Both the position numbers and the translations under genes were made by a program. From positions 768,001-832,000 of the forward strand of contig CAWDYW010000001.1 of the NCBI GenBank assembly GCA_963806855.1: a stretch of DNA of 64,000 nt, read 5' to 3'. Of this stretch, positions 63,775 to 64,000 are shown in pieces. The DNA comes from an uncultured Verrucomicrobiae bacterium (GTDB lineage: Bacteria > Chlamydiota > Chlamydiia > Chlamydiales > Rhabdochlamydiaceae). Under the pieces are notes generated by a model that worked only from the letters and a program-made list of their open reading frames with translations, did no database searches and had not been told where the DNA came from. Positions within the stretch are counted from its first letter, which is position 1, and every line of letters starts with the position of its first letter.

Positions 63775-64000
63775 GGGAACTCCAAAACTCCAATTTGGAC
63801 TCCGATTTGCGGCAACTGAGGGATCTCGGGTATAGTGGAAGCCAATGCTATGGCTATCTGACAGAGAATAAAAAGAGCCGCCTCCAATGGCCGGTCTCCG
63901 GCGGTCTCGTAAGCTCGACAACGCCTTTATTGTAATTGCGGATATGAATTGCGAAGAAATTGGATTTCAAAGAGATTTGGATTTCTTGAGAAAAAAGAAG

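Overview
Bacterial chromosomal window, most likely from an environmental Chlamydiota (inference: CesT-type type III chaperone, Inc-like bilobed hydrophobic proteins, Cys-rich beta-barrel OMP, ankyrin proteins). No rRNA, tRNA, CRISPR array, integrase or transposase was recognised. Contents: a thiamine salvage operon (thiM-thiE-thiD-tenA), cytochrome bo3 oxidase cyoABCDE, many small accessory genes, a 14.5-kb frameshift-riddled module (carAB + group 3b [NiFe]-hydrogenase + protease + hypAFCDE + Ni transporter), and an intact phosphoketolase-aldolase-P3A H+-ATPase block. The strongest candidates for new biology are: (1) the hydrogenase module that carries its own carbamoyl-phosphate synthase, with CarB lacking the allosteric domain, a Zn-finger-less HypA and no hypB; (2) a family of long TATACC...GGTATA palindromes with compensatory changes that bracket accessory gene blocks like cassettes, including both ends of the hydrogenase module; (3) a signal-peptide Fic/Doc + NadD-like nucleotidyltransferase fusion; (4) a T3SS chaperone next to a Gx11DxD nucleotidyltransferase candidate effector; (5) footprints of two alleles of one locus joined in tandem. 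All family calls come from motif recognition by eye, and coordinates of frameshifted genes are approximate.
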